Source of the DNA: Bacillota bacterium
Lineage (GTDB): Bacteria; Patescibacteriota; Patescibacteriia; Patescibacteriales; UBA12465
Assembly (NCBI GenBank): GCA_050259635.1
Contig: JBLNBA010000001.1
Span: forward strand, 71,329 to 135,328
Reading direction: 5' to 3'
DNA length: 64,000 nt
Shown here: positions 21,541 to 33,292 of the stretch, one piece after another
How the letters are laid out: each line of letters starts with the position of its first letter
Position numbering within the stretch: the stretch's first letter is position 1
The notes under the pieces: generated by a model
Seen by the model: only the letters and a program-made list of their open reading frames with translations
Told to the model about the DNA's origin: nothing
Database searches by the model: none
Made by a program: the position numbers and the translations under genes

Positions 21541-21553
21541 TGGACTTTAACAG
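21541..21553 (+). promoter_or_regulatory. boxA-like antitermination element (candidate)
   Basis: TGGACTTTAACAG compared with E. coli rrn boxA TGCTCTTTAACAA, ~140 nt upstream of 23S. nusA and nusB are both present in the window. Confidence 0.3.
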
Positions 21554-21690
21554 TTAAATATTTTTTTGTCGCTTTTTTCTAAAAAGCGGACTGCCAACCG
21601 CCGGTTTATTTTGCAATTTCCGGGCGGAAGGCAAAAAAAATCGCGCTCGCGAAGGAGCGCGTACGCTTTTGTTTGAAAGCAAAAGTGTGG

Positions 21691-24701
<3,011 letters not shown>

Positions 24702-24744
24702 ACTTTTGCGTTTCAAAGCGTAAATATATAAAAAGACACCATTG

Positions 24745-24860
24745 TTCTGGTGGTCAAAGCGAGGGGGTCACACCTGATCCCATCCCGAACTCAGAAGTTA
24801 AGCCCTTCAGCGCCGATGATACTTGGGCCTGAGCCCTGGAAAAGTAGGTCGCCGCCAGAA
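24745..24860 (+). rRNA. rrf: 5S ribosomal RNA
   Basis: tctggtggtc...cccatcccgaactcagaagttaag...gtcgccgccaga. Flanking processing stem caccattgttctgg/ccagaacaatggtg. Confidence 0.9.
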
Positions 24861-24881
24861 CAATGGTGTTTTTTTGTACCC

Positions 24882-24912
24882 AAAAAACAGGAATTGAGTT
24901 TCCTGTTTTTTT
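24882..24912 (+). terminator. intrinsic terminator after 5S
   Basis: Stem aaaaaacaggaa/ttcctgtttttt followed by a T-run. Confidence 0.65.
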
Positions 24913-24971
24913 GTAGGTATTTAAATATTGACAAAAATATGCTATAATAAGCTCAAATAAGGGACAACTTT

Positions 24972-26363
24972 ATGCTCATGAAATCTATTTCCGGGATCAG
25001 AGGGACGATTGGCGGACAGCGAGGTGAGAATCTTACCCCTGTTGATGTAGTAAAATTTGTAAGTGCCTATGCTCTTGAAAGAAGACAGGCATTCCCAAAA
25101 CCCGTGGAGCTCAAGGTCGTGCTCGGTCGGGATGGAAGGTCCTCGGGCCCATTGTTGCACGAACTTGTTTCTTCTGTTTTGCGTTTCTCGGGAATCACTG
25201 TTTTAGATGCCGGTTTAGCCACCACGCCGACGGTCGAAATGGCAGTTCTTCAGGAGAAGGCCCAGGGAGGGATAATATTGAGCGCTTCGCATAACCCGGC
25301 ACAGTGGAATGCCCTGAAGCTATTAAATGAGAAGGGAGAGTTTCTGGATGCGGAAGCGGGTGCACAAGTTTTGGAACTAGCAGAAGCGGTCGGGATGGAG
25401 TTTCCCGGCTATGAAGATTTAGGACAGGCAGTCATTCTGGAAGACCCTCTAGGACGTCATATAGAGGCTGTCCTGGCCTTAGACTCGGTGCTCGGTGAAG
25501 AGATAGGGACGAGAGGGTATAAAGTCGTTGTTGACGGGATAAACTCGGTTGGTGGGATCGCGGTCCCTCGACTTTTGGAAGCTCTCGGTCTAAAAGATAT
25601 AAGCGTGATCAACGGTGAGGCCAATGGCCGCTTTGCCCATAATCCCGAACCACTGGATGAACATCTGGGGGAGATAAAGGATAAGGTGTTAGCTAGCGGG
25701 GCCGACCTGGGCATCGTTGTAGATCCTGATGTGGATCGCTTAGCCTTTATTGATGAGCAGGGGAAGATGTTTGGTGAGGAATATACCTTGGTAGCGGTCG
25801 GCGATTATATCCTTAGCCATTACCATCCTTGTTATTATCAGAAGATCGCCGTATCCAACCTTTCATCCAGCCGCGCTCTCAAGGATGTCGCAGAAAGGCA
25901 TGGTGGCGGATATTTTTCTGCCGCTGTCGGTGAGGTGAACGTGGTGGCCAAAATGAAAGAAACCGGAGCGGCGATTGGCGGGGAGGGCAATGGAGGCATC
26001 ATATATCCGGACCTCCATTATGGCCGCGATGCTTTGGTGGGGATTGCTCTCTTTCTGAGCGCTTTAGCGGAAAGCGGCCTTAAAATGTCTGAATATAAGG
26101 AACGATTTCCTAAATATGAAATGATAAAGGACCGGATAGATTTAGCGCCTGGTACGGATATCTCAGGGATATTGCGGAAGATCAAAGAGGGGATTACCGA
26201 AGGTAAGATTGATGAAACCGACGGGATAAAGATAGACTTCGATGATTCGTGGCTCCATTTGCGCGCCTCTAATACCGAGCCCATCATCCGCATTTATGCC
26301 GAGGGAAAAGAAGCGGCGGCGGCGAAGGAAAAAATTGAGCGAGTTAAGGAATTGATTAAATAA
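24972..26363 (+). CDS. alpha-D-phosphohexomutase (GlmM/ManB-type phosphoglucosamine or phosphomanno/glucomutase)
   Basis: Phosphoserine loop SASHNPAQWNALK and metal loop VVDPDVDR. 463 aa. Confidence 0.85.
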   Translation: MLMKSISGIRGTIGGQRGENLTPVDVVKFVSAYALERRQAFPKPVELKVVLGRDGRSSGPLLHELVSSVLRFSGITVLDAGLATTPTVEMAVLQEKAQGGIILSASHNPAQWNALKLLNEKGEFLDAEAGAQVLELAEAVGMEFPGYEDLGQAVILEDPLGRHIEAVLALDSVLGEEIGTRGYKVVVDGINSVGGIAVPRLLEALGLKDISVINGEANGRFAHNPEPLDEHLGEIKDKVLASGADLGIVVDPDVDRLAFIDEQGKMFGEEYTLVAVGDYILSHYHPCYYQKIAVSNLSSSRALKDVAERHGGGYFSAAVGEVNVVAKMKETGAAIGGEGNGGIIYPDLHYGRDALVGIALFLSALAESGLKMSEYKERFPKYEMIKDRIDLAPGTDISGILRKIKEGITEGKIDETDGIKIDFDDSWLHLRASNTEPIIRIYAEGKEAAAAKEKIERVKELIK

Positions 26364-26370
26364 AAAAAGA

Positions 26371-26398
26371 AGCTCGCATTTTTGCGAGCTTTTGTTTT
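26371..26398. terminator. bidirectional terminator between convergent genes
   Basis: Stem agctcgca/tgcgagct flanked by an A-run and a T-run. Confidence 0.6.
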
Positions 26399-26910
26399 CA
26401 TTTTGCACTTCTTTCTTTTCTGAGTTTCGCCCTTTTATGGATCCGTGATTTTTCATTTAGCCTAATAAATATCACTGATGTAACGAGCGCTCCGGCGAGA
26501 GGGAAGAATATGAGACTGGGATATCGAGCCACGTCAGCTCCCGCTACGATGAAGCTAAAGGGGATTAGGAAGAAGGTTAAGGGCGTGGAGGAAGCTGGTC
26601 GTTTTGAATACCAGATGATAAAGATCAGAGCGGCGATTGAAACTATGATCTCTGGCAGCCAGGAATTAAGACCAATCAGTCCAAAAAGCGCTAACAATCT
26701 AACGCCGGTTCCGGCTGCTAGGGCGGATATTAGCCCTACGTACTTTTGTCTGGACTCGCTTTCCGGTTCAATAGATAAAAAAATGGCGGTTAATAAGGCG
26801 ATAGCTCCTGTAGCCGGTGTGAAATGAAGCACAAATATATTATAAGCGATACAGGCCAAGAGGAAAAACGGCAGGTGCTTAATCCTGAATTCGTTGATGT
26901 TTGTTGTCAT
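26398..26910 (-). CDS. hypothetical polytopic membrane protein
   Basis: 170 aa with ~5 hydrophobic helices and a basic C-tail. No motif recognised. Confidence 0.5.
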   Translation of the reverse strand: MTTNINEFRIKHLPFFLLACIAYNIFVLHFTPATGAIALLTAIFLSIEPESESRQKYVGLISALAAGTGVRLLALFGLIGLNSWLPEIIVSIAALIFIIWYSKRPASSTPLTFFLIPFSFIVAGADVARYPSLIFFPLAGALVTSVIFIRLNEKSRIHKRAKLRKERSAK

Positions 26911-27026
26911 GGGCTCATTTTTTAAAGGACTATATCTTTATAGTACAAAGGGTTTGGCGTGTCAAATATGGAAGGATGGAATATTCAAGCAAAATATGCT
27001 AAAATGGAGTGAATAAATCGGATTAT

Positions 27027-27800
27027 ATGAAGACAAAAATAGTGATTTTAGCAGCTGGAAAAGGTACTAGAATGGGGTCTGATCTGCCCAAAGCCTTAGT
27101 GCCGGTAAGCGGCAGGCCGATGATTGCTCATCTGGCTGACTCAGTATCTGAATCTGGCCTGGATGATAAGCCGGTGGTCGTCGTATCTCCTGGCAATATG
27201 GAGGAGATCAAGGCAGCGATGAATGGTTATGATTGGAACTTTGTCATCCAAGAACAACAGCTCGGTACCGGCCATGCGGTGAATTCGGCTAGGAGCGCCA
27301 TTGGCGAAGCGGATCAGGTCTTGGTCCTTTACTGTGACCATCCTTTTGTCAGATCAGCGTCTATTAAGGCTATGGGCAGTGAGCCGACTGATTCCGTCCT
27401 GATCATGCCCGCACTACTTAACGATTTTGAAGGTTGGCGCCATAACTTTTTCCATTGGGGAAGGATAGTCCGCAATAACGTCGGCGGAGTAGAAAGGATA
27501 GTGGAGTTCAAGGACGCCTCTCCTGAAGAAATTGCGATTACCGAGGTAAACCCCGGCTTCATGTGTTTCAATAAAGAATGGCTGTTTTCAAACATCGATA
27601 AGCTCCATGATGATAACAACGCGCATGAATTTTATCTCACCGATATGGTTAAGATTGCTTTTAGCCAGGGGCACACTGTGAAAACTATCCCGGTGGAGGC
27701 TCATGAGGCCATGGGAATTAACAGCAAAGAAGAGCTGTTAATCGCGGAAACCATCATGGCTGAGCGTGAGAAGGAGATATTGCCAGAGGTGGCGGCATAA
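27027..27800 (+). CDS. sugar-1-phosphate nucleotidyltransferase, GlmU N-terminal-domain-like (no acetyltransferase domain)
   Basis: LAAGKGTRMGSDLPKAL signature. The protein ends before any left-handed beta-helix repeat. ATG 27027 is preferred over GTG 27009. Confidence 0.8.
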   Translation: MKTKIVILAAGKGTRMGSDLPKALVPVSGRPMIAHLADSVSESGLDDKPVVVVSPGNMEEIKAAMNGYDWNFVIQEQQLGTGHAVNSARSAIGEADQVLVLYCDHPFVRSASIKAMGSEPTDSVLIMPALLNDFEGWRHNFFHWGRIVRNNVGGVERIVEFKDASPEEIAITEVNPGFMCFNKEWLFSNIDKLHDDNNAHEFYLTDMVKIAFSQGHTVKTIPVEAHEAMGINSKEELLIAETIMAEREKEILPEVAA

Positions 27801-27801
27801 T

Positions 27802-29040
27802 ATGCGTATCCTTGATCTGCATATCCATTCCCGCTTTGCTCGCGCGTGTTCTCCTAAGTTAGATCTCGCCGGCATCGATTCAGCTTGTCGCGTAAAGGGT
27901 GTGGATGTCGTAGTGACAGGCGATTTTACCCATCCTGTTTGGTATAAGGAGCTCCGAGAGGAGTTGGAGCAGAAAAGAGACACCGGTTTGTATATACGAA
28001 AAGGTAGTGACGGCAAGACACTTTTCTTAATTGGAACCGAAGTCTCTCTTGTTTATCGAGACGGGGGTAAGGCCAGGAGGATCCATTTGGTCGTGCTTGC
28101 CCCGAATCTGGAAGCGGCAGCCTCATTGAATAACATCCTCGGCAAGCGGTTTAACCTCCGGGCGGATGGACGTCCAATTCTGGGGATAAGCGCACCGGAA
28201 TTCATCAGCCTTTGTCTGGATTTAAATCCCGCTTTCTTGATATATCCCGCACATATCTGGACTCCCTGGTATTCGGTATTAGGCTCAAAGTCCGGTTTTG
28301 ATTCCTTGGAAGAGTGCTTTAAGGAACAGACGGAAAACATTTATGCCTATGAGACCGGATTATCCAGTGATCCGCCGCTAAACTGGCGCGTGAGTGCCCT
28401 AGACGGTTTTTGCCGCTTATCTAATTCGGATGCTCATAGCCCCGAGAATATCGGCCGGGAAGCAAATGTTGTGAATTTGCAGGATCTGACTTATGAAGGC
28501 ATCTACCGGACTATACGCCATAATTTGATTTCAGAAAATGGGTCGGACGGTTTTGTGGAGACGATAGAGTTTTTTCCGGAAGAAGGGATGTATCATTGGG
28601 ATGGCCATCGCGACTGCGGTTTCTGCAGCCAGCCGGCAGAAAGCCGTCGGCTCGGGCAGATCTGCCCTCGTTGCGGGCGCCCTTTGGTGATCGGTGTCGC
28701 GAGTCGTGTCGCCGTCTTGGCTGATCGACCGGAGGGATACCGTCCAGAAAATGCTTTACCCTTTCGTTATTTATTAGGTTTAGACAAGGTGATAGCGGCA
28801 GCCTTAGGGGTCAAGGGTCGTTCGTCGTCGGCTGTAAAGCGTATATATGATAAGATGATAGAGGGGATAGGGCCGGAATTGTATATTCTCAGGCAGGGCG
28901 ACTTAACTCAAGTGGAGGCAATCCATCCGGCTACAGCCGTAGCCTTATCCGCCTTCAGAGCTGGTAAAATTGAACTACAGCCCGGGTTTGATGGACAATA
29001 TGGGAAAGTGAAGATAATCATTCCCACAGATCGTAAATAG
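27802..29040 (+). CDS. PHP-domain endonuclease, EndoQ-like
   Basis: N-terminus MRILDLHIHSRFARACSP...VVVTGDFTHPVWYKEL is a PHP metal site. An internal Cys4 zinc finger reads CGFCSQPAESRRLGQICPRCG. ATG lies 1 nt after the previous stop. Confidence 0.6.
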   Translation: MRILDLHIHSRFARACSPKLDLAGIDSACRVKGVDVVVTGDFTHPVWYKELREELEQKRDTGLYIRKGSDGKTLFLIGTEVSLVYRDGGKARRIHLVVLAPNLEAAASLNNILGKRFNLRADGRPILGISAPEFISLCLDLNPAFLIYPAHIWTPWYSVLGSKSGFDSLEECFKEQTENIYAYETGLSSDPPLNWRVSALDGFCRLSNSDAHSPENIGREANVVNLQDLTYEGIYRTIRHNLISENGSDGFVETIEFFPEEGMYHWDGHRDCGFCSQPAESRRLGQICPRCGRPLVIGVASRVAVLADRPEGYRPENALPFRYLLGLDKVIAAALGVKGRSSSAVKRIYDKMIEGIGPELYILRQGDLTQVEAIHPATAVALSAFRAGKIELQPGFDGQYGKVKIIIPTDRK

Positions 29041-29041
29041 T

Positions 29042-29506
29042 ATGCAGAAAACAATCTTCCAGATTCTTATTCTCGCAGCCTTTCTTTTCTTGGCTTCCTT
29101 TTCGGCTGTCTGGTTCGATGAAGAAAGTGGCCGCGAGGAAAATGCCTGGGCAGCCAAGACGGCGGGCGGTGCATCCCTTTTTATGGATGCCTTAGTACGG
29201 TTTTCTTCTCCCTCTTCCAATTCTTTTTCGACGGGTATTCGTTTAGAAGCCGATCAGGCTGCCGAAAGGCTGGAGGATATTGCCCAGGAAACACAGGAAG
29301 GAGTGGACTATGCGGTCGGTTCGGTCGGGGGGTCTGAAGGATTACAGTTGCCGCCGGCTCTGGGTTCTCCTGAGACCGGGTTTAAGAGTTTTCTCAGGGA
29401 TGTTTTGAGTGGTGCGCCCTCCCGTTATCTGGATATTCGCTTGTATAATCGCGGTTTAAAGGATTTCTTTTCCTTCTACTGGCTTGGCTTGACGGGTCGC
29501 GAATAA
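29042..29506 (+). CDS. hypothetical signal-anchored protein
   Basis: 154 aa with an N-terminal hydrophobic helix. Starts 1 nt after the EndoQ-like stop. No motif recognised. Confidence 0.45.
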   Translation: MQKTIFQILILAAFLFLASFSAVWFDEESGREENAWAAKTAGGASLFMDALVRFSSPSSNSFSTGIRLEADQAAERLEDIAQETQEGVDYAVGSVGGSEGLQLPPALGSPETGFKSFLRDVLSGAPSRYLDIRLYNRGLKDFFSFYWLGLTGRE

Positions 29507-29673
29507 TCGGGCCTTTCCTGTTAAAATGGCCGTTTTTCCTGTATAATATAAAAGTAGTTAATCCGGATTTAACCGGGAGTTAACCCGCCTTCAGCGGGTT
29601 TATGTTAAGCTTCAATTATTAATAAGTAATGCGCGTCGAAGTAGCGGTATATCCGCTTTCAGGCGCTATATAT

Positions 29674-30741
29674 ATGCCTAAAGACAAAAAAAGCGTCGCT
29701 GTGAAGGACGAAGCCGCTGCTATCCATGATCATAAGGCTGAAGCCGCCGCTGACGCGATTGAGCAGATTAAGAGTAAGTTTGGCGAGGGTGCGATTATGA
29801 AGTTCGGTGACGTCCGCAAAACGAATGTCGATGCGATTTCAACCGGCTGCTTATCCTTAGACATCGCTTTCGGGATTGGCGGTGTCCCTAGAGGTCGTAT
29901 CATCGAAATCTATGGACCGGAATCTTCCGGTAAGACCACTTTGGCTCAGCATATTGTTGCTGAGGTGCAAAAAATTGGCGGTATCGGCGCTTTTGTCGAT
30001 GCTGAGCATGCGCTCGATCCAGATTATGCGGCGCGCATCGGCGTTAATGTCAATGAATTACTCATCTCACAGCCTGATTCCGGAGAGCAGGCTCTGGAAA
30101 TCGTCGAAACGCTCGTCCGTTCCAATGCGGTTGATGTCGTTGTCGTCGACTCGGTGGCGGCTTTAGTTCCGCAAAAGGAGATTGAAGGCGATATGGGAGA
30201 CCAGCATATGGGTTTACAGGCGCGTTTGATGAGCCAAGCCTTACGTAAATTGACCGCCGCTATCGCGAAAACCAAGACCAGTGTTATTTTTATCAATCAG
30301 ATCAGGAATAAGATCGGCGTTTTCTTTGGGAATCCCGAAACGACCACTGGTGGTAATGCCCTTAAATTTTATAGTTCTGTCCGCGTAGAAGTCCGACGGG
30401 CTGCCCAAATCAAGCAGGGTGAAAGCATCATCGGTAATCGCGTGAAGGTAAAGATCGTGAAGAACAAGGTCGCCGCTCCATTCAAGACCTGCGAATTCGA
30501 TATCATGTATAACGAAGGAATTTCCTTGGCCGGAGATCTGGTAGATGCCGGCGTGCAGTATGACGTCATCAAGAAGAACGGTAATTCCTATTCTTTTGGA
30601 GAAATAAAGCTCGGATCCGGTCGCGAAAATGCCAAGCGCACGATCAAGGAAGATAAGAAGCTGCTGTCGGAGATTCGCAAGGCCATCTTAATAGAAGTGA
30701 AGAGCAAAGAGATAGAAGCAGCCGCTCCGGTGAAGAAATAA
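29674..30741 (+). CDS. recA: recombinase RecA
   Basis: Walker [10 protein letters not shown] and the L1/L2 loop regions ([33 protein letters not shown]). ATG 29674 is preferred over the track start. Confidence 0.95.
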   Translation: MPKDKKSVAVKDEAAAIHDHKAEAAADAIEQIKSKFGEGAIMKFGDVRKTNVDAISTGCLSLDIAFGIGGVPRGRIIEIYGPESSGKTTLAQHIVAEVQKIGGIGAFVDAEHALDPDYAARIGVNVNELLISQPDSGEQALEIVETLVRSNAVDVVVVDSVAALVPQKEIEGDMGDQHMGLQARLMSQALRKLTAAIAKTKTSVIFINQIRNKIGVFFGNPETTTGGNALKFYSSVRVEVRRAAQIKQGESIIGNRVKVKIVKNKVAAPFKTCEFDIMYNEGISLAGDLVDAGVQYDVIKKNGNSYSFGEIKLGSGRENAKRTIKEDKKLLSEIRKAILIEVKSKEIEAAAPVKK

Positions 30742-30756
30742 AATTAGATATAAAAA

Positions 30757-30782
30757 AAGACCGTGTAAAAAGCGGTCTTTTT
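30757..30782 (+). terminator. intrinsic terminator after recA
   Basis: Stem aagaccg/cggtctt followed by a T-run. Confidence 0.6.
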
Positions 30783-30790
30783 ATATGGTA

Positions 30791-30819
30791 TTGACAAGAT
30801 ATACAAGGCATGTTATGAT
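30791..30819 (+). promoter_or_regulatory. sigma70-type promoter for the 30885 orphan gene
   Basis: TTGACA, 17 nt spacer, TATGAT. Confidence 0.6.
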
Positions 30820-30884
30820 TTGTAGATTTTTATCCCCTAAATCTGCCGGGGAAAAGGCGGATAGTAACTTAAAATGCATAACCA

Positions 30885-31574
30885 ATGAAACAAAGAGTTC
30901 AAAAACGGGAACAAAGTTTCGGACAAGGGCTGGAACTAATTGACATCGCGGCAAAGGCAATTGCAACCGCCGCAAAAAACAGTGATGTGGAGTCAGATTT
31001 TATACAGAAAATCATAGGCAAACCACAAGCTATCTTCGACTTCTATAAAAAATTATTTAAAGGAGAAGAACCAGATGATCAATCTTCAGGGCAATTGATA
31101 TTAATGTCTCAGGGTGAATCTCCTTTAATAGAAGAATTAGATTGTTCAATGAGATTTTCTGCGGCTCACGAATTTCTTAGACCCTATGATGATGGCATAT
31201 ACGATAAATATAATTTGAACCATCCTGCTAAGAAGAAGACGCCGAAGACTTTCTGTGATGTTTACAAGACCACTTTTAGTAGCTCATACAGGCAGATATT
31301 CGCAACAATAAACGAAAATTTAGATAGGCTTGTTTTGAGTCAACATCAAATACTATGGTTTTGTCGAAAATATCCCTTCTGGCTCTTTCAGGGAGCGTCA
31401 GGTGATACCGCCTTCTTAATAAAAGTTCATAATGGTGGGTATCAAGTGGTTTGTGTCTCCAATCCAATAGCTTCTATCAGTGGGAGCGACAATGTTTATT
31501 GGTTTACAATACAGTCCTTAGAAAGAAATCCTGATTGTTTGTATAATCGCATCGTGGTGCCACAAATTAAGTAA
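30885..31574 (+). CDS. hypothetical protein (229 aa, orphan)
   Basis: Long ORF with its own promoter. AT-rich. No motif recognised. Confidence 0.5.
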   Translation: MKQRVQKREQSFGQGLELIDIAAKAIATAAKNSDVESDFIQKIIGKPQAIFDFYKKLFKGEEPDDQSSGQLILMSQGESPLIEELDCSMRFSAAHEFLRPYDDGIYDKYNLNHPAKKKTPKTFCDVYKTTFSSSYRQIFATINENLDRLVLSQHQILWFCRKYPFWLFQGASGDTAFLIKVHNGGYQVVCVSNPIASISGSDNVYWFTIQSLERNPDCLYNRIVVPQIK

Positions 31575-31681
31575 TTTTTGAAAGAGGTCCTTGGTTTTAC
31601 ACGAGTTTTATAAACGAGGCCTTAATTCTAATTAGTTTGTTTGTTATAATATAGGGAGATAAGTATCTCCCTTTTATAAAT

Positions 31682-31912
31682 ATGAAAAGAATCTTTTGTT
31701 CTATTGCCATCGGCATTGGTATATTCCTTTACATTCCCTTTACGATGTATGTCTATTTGGTAGTCATAGGCCTGGTATATGACATGAATTGGTTCAATTT
31801 AGATTACTTGAGCTTGATGACTAGTCTTACGCTCATTATTTCCTGGCTTATCCTGCCTATAGCAGTAGCTTGTTACTATCTAATGCCCAAGAAGGGAACA
31901 CTTAGGCAATAA
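31682..31912 (+). CDS. hypothetical small membrane protein (76 aa)
   Basis: Two hydrophobic helices, followed by a terminator. Confidence 0.35.
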   Translation: MKRIFCSIAIGIGIFLYIPFTMYVYLVVIGLVYDMNWFNLDYLSLMTSLTLIISWLILPIAVACYYLMPKKGTLRQ

Positions 31913-31930
31913 TTAAAATTATATATATAC

Positions 31931-31958
31931 AAAAAACCCGCTTGAAAGCGGGTTTTTT
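31931..31958. terminator. bidirectional terminator
   Basis: Stem aacccgc/gcgggtt flanked by an A-run and a T-run, between convergent genes. Confidence 0.6.
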
Positions 31959-31970
31959 GTTCTATGTAAA

Positions 31971-32528
31971 TCATTCTACGCATTTTTCTAACCGCCCGTA
32001 GACGTCATCCATGCTTCCTTCGCCCTTAACGCTGATCAGGCGTTTGGTATCGGCGTAAAAGTCTAGCAAAGGTTCAGTCTGCCGGCTATATGCGAGTAGG
32101 CGGTTCTTTATGACCGCTTCGTTGTCATCAATTCGTCCTTCGATAGTAGCGCGCAAAGCGAGGCGTTTAGCTAATTCATCGGTGCTGACCTCCAAGTTCA
32201 GTGTCAACGGGAGAGCCTTTGCGGCAAGTAGGGCGTCCAGAGTCTTGGCTTGGTTAAGGGTGCGAGGATAGCCATCAAAAATAAAACCGGCGTTTCGGCC
32301 GTTTTCTTTTATTTTTTCTTCGATTATAGAATCGACGATCTCATCGTCGACGAGTTCTCCCCTTTCGATAACCTCCTTGACCTTGCGGCCTATATCAGTC
32401 CCGCGGGAAACTTCTTCCCGCAACAGCGCTCCAGTAGAGAGGTGCGTTAAATTTAGCTTCGCCGCAAGCTTTCTGGCTTGCGTTCCTTTGCCGGCTCCCG
32501 GCGGCCCGAAAATGATGTAATTCAACAT
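31971..32528 (-). CDS. adk: adenylate kinase (short-LID type)
   Basis: P-loop GPPGAGKGTQA. ATG 32528 is preferred, giving MLNYIIFGPPG. Confidence 0.9.
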   Translation of the reverse strand: MLNYIIFGPPGAGKGTQARKLAAKLNLTHLSTGALLREEVSRGTDIGRKVKEVIERGELVDDEIVDSIIEEKIKENGRNAGFIFDGYPRTLNQAKTLDALLAAKALPLTLNLEVSTDELAKRLALRATIEGRIDDNEAVIKNRLLAYSRQTEPLLDFYADTKRLISVKGEGSMDDVYGRLEKCVE

Positions 32529-32562
32529 AGAGTATATTAAACAATGAACAGACAAAATAAAG

Positions 32563-32635
32563 TGCGCCCAGAGGGATTCGAACCCACGACCGTCTCCTTA
32601 AGAGGGAGCTGCTCTACCAGCTGAGCTATAGGCGC
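32563..32635 (-). tRNA. tRNA-Lys (anticodon CTT)
   Basis: Acceptor gcgccta/tgggcgc, loop ctCTTaa, T-loop ttcgaat. Confidence 0.85.
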
Positions 32636-32669
32636 ATAAAGAATAATCGGGTTGTTAAATTTCAGGGTG

Positions 32670-32743
32670 TGGCTGGGGAGGGGCTCGAACCCTCGACCTT
32701 AGCGTTATGAGTGCTACGCTCTAACCAGCTGAGCTACCCAGCC
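32670..32743 (-). tRNA. tRNA-Met, elongator type (anticodon CAT; could instead be tRNA-Ile2 if lysidine-modified)
   Basis: Acceptor ggctggg/cccagcc is fully paired, loop ctCATaa, no initiator hallmarks. Confidence 0.8.
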
Positions 32744-32812
32744 CTGTCACACAAACAATATTATATTTATCATTAGCCCAATAGTCAAGGCCTACTTTTA
32801 CGGTGATTTTAG

Positions 32813-32886
32813 TGCTCCGGAGAGGAATTGAACCCCTAACCTTGTGGTCCGAAGCCACACGCTCTATCCAATTGAGCTACCGGAGC
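32813..32886 (-). tRNA. tRNA-Arg (anticodon TCG)
   Basis: Acceptor gctccgg/ccggagc, anticodon stem tgtgg/ccaca, loop ctTCGga. Confidence 0.85.
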
Positions 32887-32957
32887 CTTTACAGCAGAAA
32901 CACGGGAAGGCCTGCCGGTTGTACCGGGCAAGCCTTCCCGAAAAGATATCAGGTTGT

Positions 32958-33245
32958 TTATCTCTTTCCCTTGAGAGCCTGTTTGAGATTGTAGCCAGTT
33001 TTGAACTTAGCCACCTTTACAGCCGGGATAGTGATCCTTTCCTTGGGGTTCTGCGGATTAACGCCTCCGCGAGAATACCGGACGCGGGAAAGGAAGGTTC
33101 CGAAGCCGGTGATAGTGACTTCGCGATCATTCTTGAGCTCTTCGATGATGGTGTCGGTCAGAACATCAAGCATCTTTTCAGCTTGCTTCTTGTTCAAGCC
33201 CTCTACTTCATGATAGAGCTTGTCGATGAGTTGCGCTTTGTTCAT
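32958..33245 (-). CDS. hup: HU-family nucleoid protein
   Basis: MNKAQLIDKL..., GFGTF and a beta-arm with NPQNPKERITIPA. 95 aa. Confidence 0.9.
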   Translation of the reverse strand: MNKAQLIDKLYHEVEGLNKKQAEKMLDVLTDTIIEELKNDREVTITGFGTFLSRVRYSRGGVNPQNPKERITIPAVKVAKFKTGYNLKQALKGKR

Positions 33246-33292
33246 ATATTTGGCGTCCGGCCCTAAGGGAAGCCGAGGACGTTAATTATAAT

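Noticed and set aside
32803-33266. ORFs 32803-32994 and 32844-33266 (+)
   Set aside because: They overlap tRNA-Arg and run antisense to the clearly recognisable HU gene.
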